A DNA stretch of 63,734 bases, counting the filler, from Psammoneis japonica (Eukaryota), in the NCBI GenBank assembly GCA_008632985.1. It is 3 parts of 3 records of this genome, joined end to end, with 100 filler letters (N's around TTAATTAATTAA, not from the genome) between each part and the next. Parts side by side here need not be neighbours in the genome. Positions count along the whole stretch, not along the records: positions 45,147 to 63,734 come from QPGO01000464.1; 2 more parts are not named here. One strand, 5' to 3'. Under the pieces are notes generated by a model. That model did no database searches. It was not told the DNA's origin and saw only the letters and a list, made by a program, of their open reading frames with translations. This document shows positions 62,023 to 63,734 of this stretch, piece by piece. The stretch's first letter is position 1; each line of letters begins with the position of its first letter. Both the position numbers and the translations under genes were made by a program.

Positions 62023-62465
62023 GACAATGTTCTGCTCTGTTTGAAACTAGAAACTGCAATATTTTGACGAGGCTCCCAAAAGATGGGGCAGATAAAGGCC
62101 TCCGCTTGATTAGCCAGGCACCAGCAACAGCAACCTGTCATCAACATGCGTTGATAATGCCGTAAAGATGAGCATGGTGCTCTCTTCATTTTTCTTCAAT
62201 TTTTTGTATTTTTTGTGCGTGAAGATCATCATCGATCGACGGCCGGCGGCCGCGCTGTCGCCTTGCTATGGTTTTCGAATCGAGCTCCCATTGTTTTAAA
62301 AAAAATCGATCTCGTGCACGCGGAACAGCCCACCGCATCATCGCGCACACAACATCACATCACATCCGCATCGTCCATCGCACACGGCATGACGATCACG
62401 ATCACATCGCATCATCCATCACATCCTCAATCTGCGGCGCCATCATCAAACCACCAAACAAGACA

Positions 62466-63507
62466 ATGAGGTTGCGTTCAGTGTTTATACGTCTTCTTTC
62501 ATGTGTTCCCGCCCTAGTTGCATCACTTAATGTTTCACCATCTGCTTATGGTGGGAAGAGTATCAGCAGAAGAGATGCATTCGTTCGTACGAGCTCTGCT
62601 GCTGTTGCTGTTGGAAGCGGTGTTCTTTTACCAAATCATGACAACAGAGCAATAGCGGCATCTCCCTCTACAACAACTACTACGCTGGAGGGCGGCTACG
62701 AGTTTCCGTTGGCGAGTTTTGGACTGCAGATCTATGACGACGACAAGGCATACAAGCTGACTCGAACAGCTCTGGAGGTGGGATATCGAAACTTTTTTGC
62801 ATCTGTTCTGGCTGGCAACCAACGTGGCTTTGCCAAGGCAGTTCGAGATTCTGGAATTGACCGATCTGAAATATTTATTTCTGGATCCGTGGTTTCCAAT
62901 CGTGTGCAAGGATTTGATGCGGCTTACAAGGCTACAACGAAGGGATGGAAACAGAACCTCGAGGCGTTTGCTGTGGGTGGTATTGACTATCTTGATCAAA
63001 TCATGTTGGATTATCCCGGGCCGGACTGCGATTCCATTCGTGGACAGTGGAAAGCATTTCAGGATATGCACAATCAGAAACTTACAAGGACTCTTTCTAT
63101 ATCCAACTTTTCACCCAAACAAATCGATTGTATTCTGGAGGACCCGGCTCTCCAAGTCAAGCCTGTCGTGAATCAATTGCCGCTTTCGGTAGCATACCAT
63201 CCTGGTGGNGGGGCTCAAAAGCATTGTACAGGAGAACAAGAAACGAGGTGTACTGGTACAAGCTTGGGCTCCTTTGGGAGGGAGTCTAGGAGGGAGATTT
63301 ACTTCGCAAATGAAAGCAAAATGCGCAGACATTGGGAAAGCCTATGATAAAAGTGGAGCTCAAGTCGCGTTGCGTTGGATTGTCCAGAACGGCGCCTCCT
63401 TTACCACGCAAAGCAAGAAGAAGGATCACTTTATCGAAAACCTACAAGTGTTTGACTTTCAGCTATCACCTGATGAAATGGCACTTTTGGATGGACTTGC
63501 TTCCTGA
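62466..63507 (+). CDS. Aldo/keto reductase family protein with signal/transit leader; frameshift at the ambiguous base ~63209
   Basis: ALEVGYRNF, DRSEIFI, DYLDQIMLDYP, LSISNFS, KPVVNQL, then VQAWAPLG, AQVALRWIVQ and ENLQVFDFQLS in the next frame. Confidence 0.9.
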
Positions 63508-63734
63508 GAGACAAGTAAGAATGCTTGCTGCTAAAGAGTATTCTCAAACACCGAGGCGTCGCCACCGCTTTAAAGCTTTCATAGCATACTCGTAGCTTTT
63601 GTATCTCTGCTGAATTGATTCATTAGCCAAGCCAAAATGCTATTGCGTTACTGCTTTAGGTATAAAAGAGTTCCGATTGGCGGCATCATTACCTTCGACT
63701 ACTGCACAAATAATGCTACGTATTCACCTCACCG

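Noticed and set aside
63200..63215. Programmed frameshift in the AKR gene
   Set aside because: It coincides with an ambiguous base in a G-run, so sequencing error is more likely.

Overview
Eukaryotic genomic DNA, very probably from a diatom (inferred from CoDi-type Copia, Ambal-like LINE, Plavaka-like transposases, KxxK/RXL secreted proteins and bipartite plastid leaders). The scaffold has N-gaps and two artificial TTAATTAATTAA linkers. About two thirds is nested, dead transposon DNA (1-17.7 kb, 21.3-45.0 kb, 54.8-59.6 kb). Five host genes are supported: a mucin-like type I membrane protein, two tandem Pro/Lys-rich silaffin-like secreted proteins, a fused UPF0014 permease + ABC ATPase, and an aldo/keto reductase. 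The main signal is a repeat-restricted hypermutation in which TpA has been converted to TpG or CpA on both strands, an 'inverse RIP'. Tyr codons become Cys/His, YVDD becomes CADD, and TAA/TAG stops vanish, while adjacent genes are untouched. The direction is supported inside the window by a young TA-retaining MITE copy versus older copies and by conserved protein motifs; the two LTRs of one TRIM show independent post-insertion changes. The enzyme responsible is not visible here, and all comparisons were made by eye.
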